In this document: positions 9,776 to 19,823 of the stretch, in pieces
Layout: every line of letters begins with the position of its first letter
Position numbering within the stretch: position 1 is the first letter of the stretch
Source of the DNA: an uncultured bacterium
GTDB taxonomy: Bacteria; Verrucomicrobiota; Verrucomicrobiia; Limisphaerales; UBA8199
Length of the DNA stretch: 64,000 nucleotides
Reading direction: 5' to 3'
Assembly: GCA_963749495.1 (NCBI GenBank)
Contig: CAVVMW010000004.1
Coordinates: forward strand, 64,001-128,000
Notes under the pieces: model-generated
What the model saw: only the letters and a program-made list of their open reading frames with translations
The model's database searches: none
Told to the model about the DNA's origin: nothing
Position numbers and translations under genes: made by a program

Positions 9776-11395
9776 ATGAGCCTCAAGCTCCACCAACGCC
9801 CCGCCTTGGAGGCGGGTGACCCAAACCAGTTCGCCGTTCGGACGGAGTTCATTCCGAATTTGGATCCGGGGTTTGCAACCCCCGAAGAGGATCTTTCATG
9901 GGGGCGCCTGCAAATCTGGGTTGGCGGCCGCAACCTTTGTGAACATGTGGATCGCAGCGAAGTCCGCAAGGCCGTGGAGTGGTATCTGCTCCCCACCCTG
10001 GAGTGGCTGGTCGAATCGTGGGACCTGCTGTTGCACGAGCAGCGACCACCCGTGTCAAATTCAGGTCAGACCGCCTGGCAGTCCCTGTCTGAGACAAATC
10101 GGCCTGAACGATTTGAGCGGCCTGACGGGTGGGATACGACCGCCGACGAGGCCCACACTCTTTGGACTTCTCACCACTGCTTGCGCGTCTCCCGGTCTGG
10201 CGGCCTCTTTCCGGATGTCGTCATTCGCCGCTGGCGAGATGAAGTGGAACTCTCCTGGGGGGAGAGTCCCCAACCCGGCGCACCTGATGGCTTTCGCTTC
10301 CTGCACGGCTCAGGAACGGCTCGCGTTTCACCTGAGAAGGTGGCAGATCCGCTCTATGACTTGCTGCGCAGCGCGGCTGACGCACTGGCCGAAGAGCACC
10401 CGCAATCAACTCGTTTCCTCACGTTTCGGCAGCACGTCGGCGCCCTCGCGGATGCTGGCCGCCAACAGACTCGGACGGCGCTGCTGGCCGGTTTGGGTTC
10501 CTCCCCGAGGGCTTGGCTCCCGCGGTGGCAACATCTGCGCGAGACGCTTGAGGATCATTGCTCCGCGTTCAAGGACTCGATAAAGGCGTGGTTCGAGCCC
10601 GATGAAACCAGCCCACTCTATGTTGCCGGCAGTTGCGAAGCTGCTGTCATGTTTGGATCGGCTTCGCCTGCCCTTACGGAGGAGGATGTCTTCGAGATTG
10701 CGACCCATCTGGTGAGGTCATACGGCAGCAAGCCGTCTGCAGCCTGGACTGGCTTGGCTGGCGAGCCCCAACCGCTGCGCGTTGGTGAATCTCCTTGGAC
10801 GGATGGTTATCGCCTTGCGCAGGAGTGGAGAGCTAAGGCCCGCATCCGCCACCTGCGCGATGGCGCCGTGGACATCGAAGAGCATCTGGAAAGGCTCGGG
10901 GTAGTATTTGGGGATATCGAACTGCAAGATGCTGCCACAGCGGGTTTGGCTGTCCAACCAGAGCCAGGGGCGCCGCACATTTTCATCAACCGGCGCAATC
11001 CTCGTTGTGAGTTTCCATCAGGCAAACGCTTCATGCTTGCCCATGAGCTTTGCCATCTGTTGCACGACCGTGCTCACGGGCGCAACCTGGCCCTCATCTC
11101 TGGCCCGTGGGCTCCGCGTGAGCTTGAACAGCGCGCCAACGCGTTCGCCGCCGCCCTCTTGATGCCGTCCGAACTGCTCAAGAGAGGATTGCAGGATGGA
11201 AGCGAGCTTGACTTTGACGGCTTGCTGGCGTTGGCAAAACGCCTCCACGTGAGCACAGACGCGCTGGCGCACCATCTGGAGAACTGTGGCCTCATCAGCG
11301 AAGCAACCCGCGATCTTCTCTTGGCCCAGTTGGTGAACCGTCAGGATGCCGGAAGCGGCGCGAAACGGACTCAACGCAAGCAGTCCAAGAGCTAA
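9776..11395 (+). CDS. ImmA/IrrE-family metallopeptidase with large uncharacterised N-terminal region
   Basis: C-terminal KRFMLAHELCHLLHD (HExxH) and EQRANAFAAALLMP; GGAGG RBS before ATG 9776; no N-terminal XRE HTH evident. Confidence 0.88.
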   Translation: MSLKLHQRPALEAGDPNQFAVRTEFIPNLDPGFATPEEDLSWGRLQIWVGGRNLCEHVDRSEVRKAVEWYLLPTLEWLVESWDLLLHEQRPPVSNSGQTAWQSLSETNRPERFERPDGWDTTADEAHTLWTSHHCLRVSRSGGLFPDVVIRRWRDEVELSWGESPQPGAPDGFRFLHGSGTARVSPEKVADPLYDLLRSAADALAEEHPQSTRFLTFRQHVGALADAGRQQTRTALLAGLGSSPRAWLPRWQHLRETLEDHCSAFKDSIKAWFEPDETSPLYVAGSCEAAVMFGSASPALTEEDVFEIATHLVRSYGSKPSAAWTGLAGEPQPLRVGESPWTDGYRLAQEWRAKARIRHLRDGAVDIEEHLERLGVVFGDIELQDAATAGLAVQPEPGAPHIFINRRNPRCEFPSGKRFMLAHELCHLLHDRAHGRNLALISGPWAPRELEQRANAFAAALLMPSELLKRGLQDGSELDFDGLLALAKRLHVSTDALAHHLENCGLISEATRDLLLAQLVNRQDAGSGAKRTQRKQSKS

Positions 11396-11474
11396 ACCGG
11401 GCGCGCCTCCAAATGTCGGGCCCTTTCTGAGACCGGGGCGTTTGGAAAAATGCCATAAAGACAATGCCGCTGGC

Positions 11475-11743
11475 CGCAGTGAATTGGTGGCAGAGGGCCT
11501 GAAACGGCTGGGGTGGACCGAAGACGTTCTGAGGGCAAAGCGCACAGGAGATTCGAGCAAGGTGGCGCTGGCGCCGGAGATGCGCTCGCAGAGGACGAGG
11601 CCCGTTGGCGTGCATTGCCGAGCGGCTGCGCATGCGCACGCGCGGGTACTGGGCATGGCTGTTCAGCCGCCGGGTCGAAGAGGCCTCAGCCGGCCCAGCC
11701 GGGTAGGCCGAGCTACATGTATGACAATCTCATGGGTGACCCC
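11475..11743 (+). pseudogene. 3' remnant of RAYT/Y1-like transposase
   Basis: ELVAEGLKRLGWTEDVLRAKRTGDSSKVALA...IAERLRM; shares a 72-bp segment with the remnant at 14537-14608. Confidence 0.6.
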
Positions 11744-11834
11744 TTTGCGTTTTTGCCGTCGTTGCCCAGGATCAGCCGGTCATGTTGCCCCGATGGCGAC
11801 AACAAGGTGGCGTTCTTGCGGGCGGTTCTATTTT

Positions 11835-11973
11835 GGGTGACTGTTCACGCAGATGACAGAATCATGGCAGGACAGAATCATAAGAAAGAGGCCATGAACC
11901 AGACCTAAGTTCGCTGTTCATTCCCTCATGATTCTGTCCTGCCATGATTCTGTCTGCACCTGAATAGTTACCC
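11835..11973. mobile_element. MITE-like palindromic element (family F)
   Basis: GGGTGACTGTTCA...TGAATAGTTACCC termini; internal GACAGAATCATGGCAGGACAGAATCAT / ATGATTCTGTCCTGCCATGATTCTGTC. Confidence 0.75.
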
Positions 11974-11991
11974 TTTTGGAACCGGCTCTAG

Positions 11992-13074
11992 CTAGCTACA
12001 TACGTTCTGTTTGTTGAGCTTCGCCAAATACTCCCTGAATCGCTTTACAAGCACTGCATGTCGCGCCACATGGCTGCGCTCGTCGTCCGTGCTCCGGTTG
12101 AATCTGTCGAAGGTTAACAATTCGCTGTCAGCATCTGCCGCCGTCGCGGGGTTGCCCGCCGCCTCGCGGTTTTCCTTCCTCGATTTCTCGAAGGCGTTCA
12201 AGAACTCCCTGACGTACTGGTCCTGCTTACTGTCATTTTGACGGACGAACCAATAGTAAACTGGAAATACACCCGCAGACCGAAGCAATGGATCGCGCGG
12301 CAAAAAAATCTCGGACATGCGATCTAGCGTATCAATGACCCTCCGGCTGGGCAGCTCAATCTTTTCTCTCGGCTGCTTCTTTGCCTCCTTCGTGAATTTG
12401 GTCAAATGTGCTTTCTTTGTCTCGACCGGTTTGCCGTAATATTCAAAAATAAGAAGCTTAGTAGCAGCATTCTTGTCTTGCGCGCGCTTCGTCGGGAATG
12501 AAATGCAAGATTTAAAGAGCTCGTGACGGATAAGGAGTCGGTTAATCTCAGTCACCGGTCCTGCCATCGCATTTCGAATCTCGGCTCCAGTAAGCGGCTT
12601 GCTCCGATTGAGTCTAACAAACAGCTCATCAATCTTTTCTTGTTCGTCAGTTACTACGTGAACTACAGAGAGGGGCCAAGTGTTGAAAATGTCCGCGACT
12701 TCGGGATAGAGCTTGGTCAAATCCGGATAACCAAGCCCGGCAAGCTTTAGCTTGCCATTCTGTTGGAACAGGAACTCATCGTCGAGAACGAGATCACCAG
12801 TGTAAAAATCAAAGATCGCCTCCAGGCGTTGCTTCCCATCAATAATGGCATACGGAAGACCTTTTCTGTTGAGCTTAACAATGCCGACGGTGAAGTCGGC
12901 CATGTAAATCTTTGGTATGTCATAGCCGTTGAGGATCGAATCAATCAGGAATGCCTTGTCCGCTCGTGACCAGAGCCGCCCCTCTCTTTGGTACTCCGGT
13001 TGCATGTCGATTTTGGTGCGTTGGGATACCCACCATATCACAGGTTTCGGCTCTAGTTTTAGAATTTGAAACAT
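11992..13074 (-). CDS. DUF262 (ParB-like, GmrSD N-terminal type) domain protein
   Basis: PEYQREGRLWS, FLIDSILNGYDIPKIY, IIDGKQRLEAI, LFVRLNRSKPL; visibly lower GC than flanks. Confidence 0.9.
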   Translation of the reverse strand: MFQILKLEPKPVIWWVSQRTKIDMQPEYQREGRLWSRADKAFLIDSILNGYDIPKIYMADFTVGIVKLNRKGLPYAIIDGKQRLEAIFDFYTGDLVLDDEFLFQQNGKLKLAGLGYPDLTKLYPEVADIFNTWPLSVVHVVTDEQEKIDELFVRLNRSKPLTGAEIRNAMAGPVTEINRLLIRHELFKSCISFPTKRAQDKNAATKLLIFEYYGKPVETKKAHLTKFTKEAKKQPREKIELPSRRVIDTLDRMSEIFLPRDPLLRSAGVFPVYYWFVRQNDSKQDQYVREFLNAFEKSRKENREAAGNPATAADADSELLTFDRFNRSTDDERSHVARHAVLVKRFREYLAKLNKQNVCS

Positions 13075-13076
13075 GA

Positions 13077-13893
13077 TTACACCTGGAATGAAAACTCCCG
13101 CTTGATTTCGCGGGCGAGACCGTCCAGCTCGGGGAAGACTACAGAGTCGGTGATCCCTTGGCGCCGGAGTGCCTCATAGAAGTGCGGTAGTCTGCCTCTT
13201 CCTCAGCAGCAACTTCATGAGACAATCGGTAGGAAACCCCTCTGAATCGTACGCCAGTTCCATAGGTCGCGTATCCTTCCCGAAACACACGAATACACCT
13301 CGCTGCGCAACTATTCGTTGGCTGTTATGCGACCCGTATAGCGCGATGGGAGACGGCTTCATCGTGATCACGTTCGCAACTGGCTTGTATCCAGTGGCAT
13401 TCGGGTCATCTGTCGTAAGCACCGACCCAGGAAAGCTCTTCAGGTTGACCGAATGTTTGTTCCATTGCTCGGGATCCAACAGCCAGATAGACGCATCGCC
13501 GCTAAAGGTGGGCCGACCGGTCCTGCCGATTTTGTGAGACGCTAATGTCACTGCAAAAAACAACGCGATCAATGGACTCTCAGACGAATCGAGAAGTCTT
13601 GTCGGAACTCCATAGTGCTGCATAAGGAAGAGCCAATCCCACTCGTCGGTCAGGGGGCGCGAATGAAACGGAATGCTTCGTTGACGAAAACGGGCAAGCA
13701 ATTCTTTTTCGAGTACGAGGATTTCATCTATTGTCTGATGTTGTTTGTGCCTGTACAGCGACGGCCTTAAGGCGTGCGCAGCCTTCCCGCAGCCCCGATA
13801 CCTAAAGTATTTGTTGCGGTTGGAGCGCAGCCTCTCTACGAGGGAGATGTACGCTCCCAATGAATCGACGGATCTGACCTTGAGCGCGGGCAT
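13077..13893 (-). CDS. FRG-domain protein (single frameshift near 13197)
   Basis: RYRGCG...LRPSLYR, LFLMQHYGVPTRLLD, RIVAQRGVF; the typical C-terminus LRRQGITDSVVFPELDGLAREIKREFSFQV* continues in another frame to TAA 13077-13079. Confidence 0.88.
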
Positions 13894-14389
13894 TTCTAGA
13901 TCCTCTCCATTGAATGTAATCCCAGGATTTCTACCGGTTATTCGTTCGTCACCATGCTCCTTCCGGTAATCGGGACGAGCCCGCCTGGTGCTTGGCTCAA
14001 AGAGAGCCCGAGTAGAGGAGAAGCTCCGGGACCCGACAGGTCGTCCAGGATTCGTGACTATGCGTTGGTGCAGTGCGTTTTCGTTTCATCGTTCCGGCAT
14101 GCCATCGTGGCCGGCTCGATGTGCTGGACCTGGCGCTGGTCATGCACTCGGTCCGCCAGATCGGCGACCGCCTCAATCATCTTCATGCCGATGGGACATT
14201 CGACAAGTTTCGTGGTCAACGCAAGCAGAATCGAGGCACCACTTGGGGAGAAAGGCAGACCTTTTACGATGGAAGCCGCTGGCTGGCTGGCTGGCAGATC
14301 TCTTTGGTTGGCGGAAGCCGACCGTAAAGCGGTCAATGACAATGTGACATCTGGTCGAACGCCGAGCGCGGCTAGTGGTCACGCGGGAG

Positions 14390-14610
14390 GCAGGGCTCGA
14401 AAATTGCGCATCCAATACCCTGGGGCGACGTTCCACGTCATGAACCGGGGTGACCGGCAGGAGCCGATCCTCGGCGATGACCGGGACCGGGAGCGGTTCC
14501 TGGAAAGGCTGGCTGAGCTGAGGCGTGTCGAAAGGCGCAGAGGGCCTGAAAGGGCTGGTGTGGACCGAAGATGCTCTGATGGCGAAGCGCACAGGGGATT
14601 CGAGCAAGCG
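14390..14610 (+). pseudogene. Internally deleted RAYT (REP-associated tyrosine transposase, Y1/HUH) remnant
   Basis: ARKLRIQYPGATFHVMNRGDRQEPILGDDRDRERFLERLAE N-terminus fused directly to the C-terminal segment homologous to 11490-11561. Confidence 0.75.
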
Positions 14611-14651
14611 CAAGCCGATCCCGCCTGATAATGCAGATCTCGACCCTCAAC

Positions 14652-14765
14652 TTATTGGAGGCGGCCGGCCACCCTCTCTCGTTGAAGGAAAACGCCCGGC
14701 CTGAGCACACGCAGCCCGTAGAACGGCTTTTCCATGAAGCCTCCAAAGTCACGCTCGTCCAGTGC
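14652..14765 (-). pseudogene. C-terminal fragment of a PIN-like toxin
   Basis: LDERDFGGFMEKPFYGLRVLRPGVFLQRERVAGRLQ* resembles PIN C-termini; N-terminal portion absent. Confidence 0.5.
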
Positions 14766-14958
14766 CCTCAGGGAACCGCTGCATATCCGCCTCATCGCGC
14801 GCAATCCAACCGGCGATTTGTTCGCGGGCGAATTGGCGCGGCTCAGGCAGCTTGGCGCCTTGCGCCCGCAGACGGGCCGCCAGGAACAACAAGAGTTCCT
14901 GCTTCTGCTCCGGCGTCAGGGCGTCTGCCGCAGCTTCGATTTCGGCGAGCGTGCTCAT
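14749..14958 (-). CDS. Small putative antitoxin
   Basis: MSTLAEIEAAADALTPEQKQELLLFLAARLR; addiction-module-like; lies upstream of the PIN fragment. Confidence 0.65.
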   Translation of the reverse strand: MSTLAEIEAAADALTPEQKQELLLFLAARLRAQGAKLPEPRQFAREQIAGWIARDEADMQRFPEGTGRA

Positions 14959-15020
14959 CGTGAAACCATACGCGAGCGCCCTCCAAACGACAAGCGCGGC
15001 AACCGACTCTCCACCCGAAT

Positions 15021-15155
15021 GGGCGCCTCCTGAGACTGGTCCCGGAGTGCGCCCGTCCCCGGGCGCAGCAGCGACGGAGCGGTCACGCGCGCCAGGGTGT
15101 TTGACCGCTCCCCTGGCTCGGGACGTCGCTGCGCCCGGGGACGGGCGCACTCCGG
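15021..15155. repeat. Palindromic REP/MITE family B
   Basis: CGGAGTGCGCCCGTCCCCGGGCGCAGC...GCTGCGCCCGGGGACGGGCGCACTCCG; second copy at 63664-63836. Confidence 0.8.
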
Positions 15156-15240
15156 TCCGGCCACCGGCGGCGGGGGGCTAAAAAACCATTGAGAAATCGG
15201 AGGGCAAAGGGTAGGCTTAGTCATAATAGAATTTCAGTGC

Positions 15241-15441
15241 ATGCTCGACGAAGCACAAAAAAAACGAATACGGCTTTACAGCCCCAAACAGCGGGGCCAG
15301 CTCAAAGCAGAGCGAAGGCGCGCTGATGCGGCAGAAGCCGCGCGTGGAAATGCAGAGGGGGTTCAGGAAAGGAACCGGGCACTGCCGCCTGCGTCTCAAT
15401 TGGTGTTTTCCGACAAGGAAGAGCCAATGCCCACAGAATGA
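15241..15441 (+). CDS. Small hypothetical protein (possible antitoxin)
   Basis: 66-aa ORF with ATGA overlap to the following nucleotidyltransferase-like gene. Confidence 0.55.
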   Translation: MLDEAQKKRIRLYSPKQRGQLKAERRRADAAEAARGNAEGVQERNRALPPASQLVFSDKEEPMPTE

Positions 15442-16240
15442 AGAGGCGAGTAAGCCCTCATGAGATCAGGCCCATCCTCGAGGCCATCGCGCAGACAGGC
15501 GCTGTGATCATCGGGGGACAAGCCGTTAATCTTTTGGCAGAACGCTACCACAAGGAATCGCCCCCTTGGACAGAGCTTCGCCCCTACACCAGCTTCGATC
15601 TGGACGTTTTGGGAAACCGAGCCGACGTTTTGAAGTGCTGCCGGGCGCTCGACGCGGCCCCGTTTTTCCCGCTCCCTTCCGAAAACACGGTGAACTCCGG
15701 AAAAATCGTCACAAAAGTTGAGGGGCTCGGATTTTGAAATAGATTTTCTGCACAGCCCCAACGGGCTGTCCCCCGCCGAGGTGACCGAACTCGCCCGAAC
15801 CGTCACTTTTGCGGCAATACCGCTTAAGGTCCTGCACCCGCTGCATTGTGTGGAGAGCAAGACGGTGAACCTGGCCACCATGCCTCAAGGCGCAGGGGAC
15901 CGGCAGGACCTCAAACACCTGCGTCTTTCTATCGCAATCTTGCGTGAACACCTCATGAAACTGACAGGACCGAGGCTCCGAGCAACTGCTCTTGCGCTGG
16001 GCACACCGGATACGCACGAACTCAAATCACGATCTGGGGCTCCAAGCCGCGATAAAACACGGCATCAATTATCAAGAAGCGATCCCTGCGCACATGTGGC
16101 GAGAGCGTCCAGGTCCCCTCGCAGATTTCGTGAAGAAGGAATGGCGAGAATGGGAGGATGAAATCAGAGAGAAGACCTCGGATCTCCGAGACCTTGAGAC
16201 CTGGCTCAAATCGCTTCATGACAAGCCCAGCGGGGCGTAG
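15438..16240 (+). CDS. Nucleotidyltransferase-fold protein (two frameshifts, ~15724 and ~15972)
   Basis: IIGGQAVNL...TSFDLDVLG (GG/DxD), EIDFLHSPNGL, VLHPLHCVESK, DRQDLKHL, spread over three consecutive ORFs. Confidence 0.7.
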
Positions 16241-16392
16241 GCGCGTTTCAGCTCCGGATTGCGGTTGATTCGACCGCCTTGGCGCAGGCGCTGCTGCCGA
16301 TCCAACTCGCGCACCTCGTTGAGGACAAGGGTTGGGCGGCCTGACTCTGTTGCCCTTTTCTCCGCAGGCCAGTTGCCGAGGTGCTCAGAAGG

Positions 16393-17291
16393 TCACGATC
16401 TCAGGTACCCCAGTTTGCGGAGGTAGTGGAGGAAGCCGCGAGCGCAGGCATCGAGGTTTTGTTCAGCGCCGCCGCCGCGCAAGGGCGAGCACATCTCGTA
16501 GTTGAGCCAGCCGTCGAAGGCGCCGTCGCGCAGGCCGCGGAGGAAGGAGGGGTAGTCGATGAACCCCTCGCCCATGGGAACGGCGCGGACCAAGTCGGGC
16601 TGCAGGGGGCGGTAATTGACGCAGTCGGGGACGTAGCCAAAGCGGGGAAGACGCAGATAATCGGCGCAGGTGGTGGCCACGGTGAACGGGGCCGCCTTCT
16701 TTGCGGCCGCATAGAGGTCCTCGCCGCGCAGGGCGGGCGACCAGGCATCGAACATCAGTTTCACATTGGGCCGGGCTATGTCCCGCAGCAATTCCAGCAG
16801 CGCATCGGTGTGCAGCCCGATATCGTGGTGGTTTTGGATGCCCAAGGTCACGCCAAACGGCTGGGCGGCGTCCGCGCACCAGCGCAGGGCCTCGACGCAG
16901 CGGTTCCACAGGAGCGCCGGCGAGTGTCGATCCGATTCGTAGCCGGTGAAGACGCGGACCAGGCCGCAGTCCAGGTCCGAGGCCAGCCGGGCCAGTTCCC
17001 GGACATACGCCACCTGCATCTCGACCAGCGGCACCTCGGGCACTCGAGGCCGGCGGTGAAACTGGTATAGCCGGCGACGCAGGCAACTTCCAATCCCGCC
17101 CCGCGCAACCGGTCGCGCAGTTCCTGCCGGCGCGCGGGGTCCAGGTCCAGGGCCGAGGCGTGAGGCCGTTTGCCCATCAGCATCACCCCTTGATAACCCA
17201 GCGCCTTGGCCCGCTCGATGAAGGAGGCGAGGTCCAATGCGCTTTGGCCCCACAGCCCGGCGTAGCTGACGGAGAAAAGAGAGGGTTTCAC
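16393..17291 (-). CDS. Sugar phosphate isomerase/epimerase (TIM barrel), frameshift ~17040
   Basis: GTG start overlaps the upstream stop: VKPSLFSVSYAGLWG...LGYQGVML; second frame VRVFTGY, GIQNHHD, MFDAW, GEGFIDY, NYEMC. Confidence 0.82.
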
Positions 17292-18553
17292 GGGGACGCA
17301 ACTCGCACCAGTTTTCCCCCTCCCGGCGGCAGGCGAAGTTCGACGCGCGGCCCTCCGGCGCGCGACCATTGGCCGGTGGCGGCATCGAAGAGTTCGAGCG
17401 GGGCGGGGCCGCGAATTGCCGTGACCGCCTCGGAGGCATAGTCGAGGTTCACCACCAGGACGTGCGTCGGCTGCGGGGCGCTGCCGGGGTTGGCCGGAGG
17501 CCCGAAATATCCCAGCAAGATGCCCTTGACGGGCTGCGGGGGTTTGTAATCCATTGGTGGGGGAGGGGGATCCAGAGCGAAGGCGGCATCTTTGGGCAAG
17601 GACTCTGCGCCCGGGGGCGACATGCCGGCGTGATAGACGCCCAGCGATTGGAGCGACTGCACCTGTTGCGCCACCGCCGCGAATTCCCGGTTCAGGACCT
17701 TGAGCGGCCCGTAAAGCGGCGTCGGCGTGCCGTCGGCATTGGCGATGCCACCGCTGTGGCCGGGGCAACAATAGACATAATAGGAGATGCCCTGGGCGCC
17801 ATAGGCCAGGGTGGTATAGACCAGGTAACGCATCTCCTGGGGGTTGGGCACGCGGATCGAAGGGGTCCAGGAGGCAGCCTGCACGATATTGAGGAAGGGC
17901 AACCCGGCCTCCTGGGCGGCGCGGCGGATGAGGGCCAGGTTGAGGAAGTACTGGGCCGAATCTCCGTTGGCGGTGAACTGGTAATGGTCGTAGCTAATGA
18001 GACCCGGCTTGACGGTCTCGATGAACTGGCGCAGGTGCGCCCGGTAGGCGGTGAGGGTGTCGCCCTGGTTGCCGAGTTGTTCGTTCGAGGCGTAGGTGGG
18101 GAACAAGTTGATGTAGGCCAGGTGCGCCGGGTCGCGCTGGCGAAGGTAGGCCACCAGTTTGCCGAGCGCGGGGAAACTGGCGGCGCTGGGCTCGTCGGTG
18201 ATGAAATAGGAATACAGGGCGGGGTGCCCCCGCACGCGCGCAACCAGGGCGTCGAGCTTCTCCCGTTTGGCCGGGTCGTCGAGGGAGGCCGGCGCCAGGA
18301 GCGGATCCTGAAGCTGCGCGCGCAGACCGTGTCTGCCGACCAGGTCGAGGTCCTTTTCTGCGCACCAGACCAGGTTCCACCCGCCCTCGGCCATCTGGCG
18401 CGCGCTGGACTCGGTCATGGGCGGCCCGGCCCAATAGGTGACGATGGGCGCGCCCGGCCTCCATGAGGCGGCGGGCGGAGTGTCGGCTGCGCGGGAGGCC
18501 GAACACAGGGCCATCAGGACCCCAGACGCAACGGTCCAGAATTGAGGGTTCAT
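17288..18553 (-). CDS. Secreted hypothetical protein, glycoside-hydrolase-like TIM barrel
   Basis: Signal peptide MNPQFWTVASGVLMALCSASRA; YFITDEP, YINLFP, ISYDHY, LAYGAQGISYY. Confidence 0.7.
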   Translation of the reverse strand: MNPQFWTVASGVLMALCSASRAADTPPAASWRPGAPIVTYWAGPPMTESSARQMAEGGWNLVWCAEKDLDLVGRHGLRAQLQDPLLAPASLDDPAKREKLDALVARVRGHPALYSYFITDEPSAASFPALGKLVAYLRQRDPAHLAYINLFPTYASNEQLGNQGDTLTAYRAHLRQFIETVKPGLISYDHYQFTANGDSAQYFLNLALIRRAAQEAGLPFLNIVQAASWTPSIRVPNPQEMRYLVYTTLAYGAQGISYYVYCCPGHSGGIANADGTPTPLYGPLKVLNREFAAVAQQVQSLQSLGVYHAGMSPPGAESLPKDAAFALDPPPPPMDYKPPQPVKGILLGYFGPPANPGSAPQPTHVLVVNLDYASEAVTAIRGPAPLELFDAATGQWSRAGGPRVELRLPPGGGKLVRVASP

Positions 18554-18720
18554 ATCGCGTGCGCCATCATGCTGCAGCGCCTTTGCGGCGCAAGGAAAAA
18601 GCAAGAGAGGAACAGAAGGAAACCAACAGAAGGAACCGGAGGAAACGGAGAAGCAGAGGCCCCTCACCCCGTGGCGCTCCCACGTACAGTGTGGGCTGCG
18701 CCATGCATCTTTGGCCTCTG

Positions 18721-18760
18721 CACTTTAGCCTTTAGCCTTCAGCCTTCAGCCTTCAGCCTT
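18721..18760. repeat. 7-bp tandem array (TTYAGCC)
   Basis: cactttagcctttagccttcagccttcagccttcagcctt, identical to 52263-52302. Confidence 0.85.
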
Positions 18761-18816
18761 ACCCGGCCCCCCATTTTTTGCTCGCGTCGGCCGCAAGGTC
18801 CATCCTAAATAGCCGC

Positions 18817-19770
18817 ATGCACATGAGAAGCCTTCTGTCCTCGACTCAGGAAGCAACCCAAACTCGGCGTGATTTTCTCCGCTCTCTGGGCGCGCTCGCG
18901 GCGGCCGGGGCGGCTGGGGCGGCATTGCCCGGCGGCGCCGGTGAAGTTGCCTTCGCTGCCGGCGGCAAGACGCTTGTCGGCTCCAACATCTATGGCTGGG
19001 GCCAGTATGCCCAACGCGACCACAAGGGCCTCGACATCGAGGAGGTCATCTCCGCCCTGCGGGACACTGGCTACGATTACCTGGAGAGCAACCTGGACGT
19101 GGCCCGGCCGGACGCGAACGCCAGGTTCGCCGAGCAACTCAGGGCCAAGGGCCTGCAACCGGTCAGCCTTTACACCGGCGCCAGGCTCCATGAAGCGGGC
19201 AAGGCCGGCGAGGTCGTGCGGCAGATCCTCGCCGCCGCCAAGGTCTGCCAGCAAGCCGGGTTCCAGGTCATCAGTTGCAATGCCGATCCCATCGGGCGTG
19301 AAAAGACCGATGAGGAACTCAAGACCCAGGCCGCGGCGCTGGAGGAGTTGGGAGAGGGTCTCAACGGCCTGGGCCTGAAGCTGGGCGTCCACCATCACAC
19401 GCCGGAAATGGCCACCCAGGCCCGCGAGTTTCACTACAACTTCCGCCACACCAAACCCGAGATGGTCGGCTTCTGCTACGATGTGCACTGGGTCTGGAAA
19501 GGGGGCGTGCAGCCGCTGGACGCCCTCAAGGAATACGGCGCGCGGGTCGTCACCTGGCACCTCCGCCAAAGCCGCAACGGCGTGTGGTGGGAGGACCTGG
19601 ACACCGGCGACATCAATTATGCCGCCGTGGCCCAATACGCCCGGGCGCATCGCCTGCCGCGCCGCTTCACCGTCGAACTGGCCCTCGAAAACGGCACGCA
19701 GATCACCCGCTCGGCCATCGAGAACCACCGCAGGAGCAGGGAGTTTGTCAGAAAAGTGTTCGGAGGGTAG
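18817..19770 (+). CDS. Tat-exported sugar phosphate isomerase/epimerase (IolE-like)
   Basis: TRRDFLRSLG twin-arginine signal; GVHHHTPE, CYDVHW, WHLRQ, GDINY, TVELALE. Confidence 0.85.
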   Translation: MHMRSLLSSTQEATQTRRDFLRSLGALAAAGAAGAALPGGAGEVAFAAGGKTLVGSNIYGWGQYAQRDHKGLDIEEVISALRDTGYDYLESNLDVARPDANARFAEQLRAKGLQPVSLYTGARLHEAGKAGEVVRQILAAAKVCQQAGFQVISCNADPIGREKTDEELKTQAAALEELGEGLNGLGLKLGVHHHTPEMATQAREFHYNFRHTKPEMVGFCYDVHWVWKGGVQPLDALKEYGARVVTWHLRQSRNGVWWEDLDTGDINYAAVAQYARAHRLPRRFTVELALENGTQITRSAIENHRRSREFVRKVFGG

Positions 19771-19823
19771 GGGGGTGTGCGGGTGGTGCGATTAAACGCG
19801 CCGGGCATGCGTCGCGGGGGTTT

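Noticed and set aside
13900..14385. Possible extra gene or retron-like ncRNA upstream of FRG
   Set aside because: The ORFs show no motifs, no convincing structure was seen, and there is no reverse transcriptase in the window.
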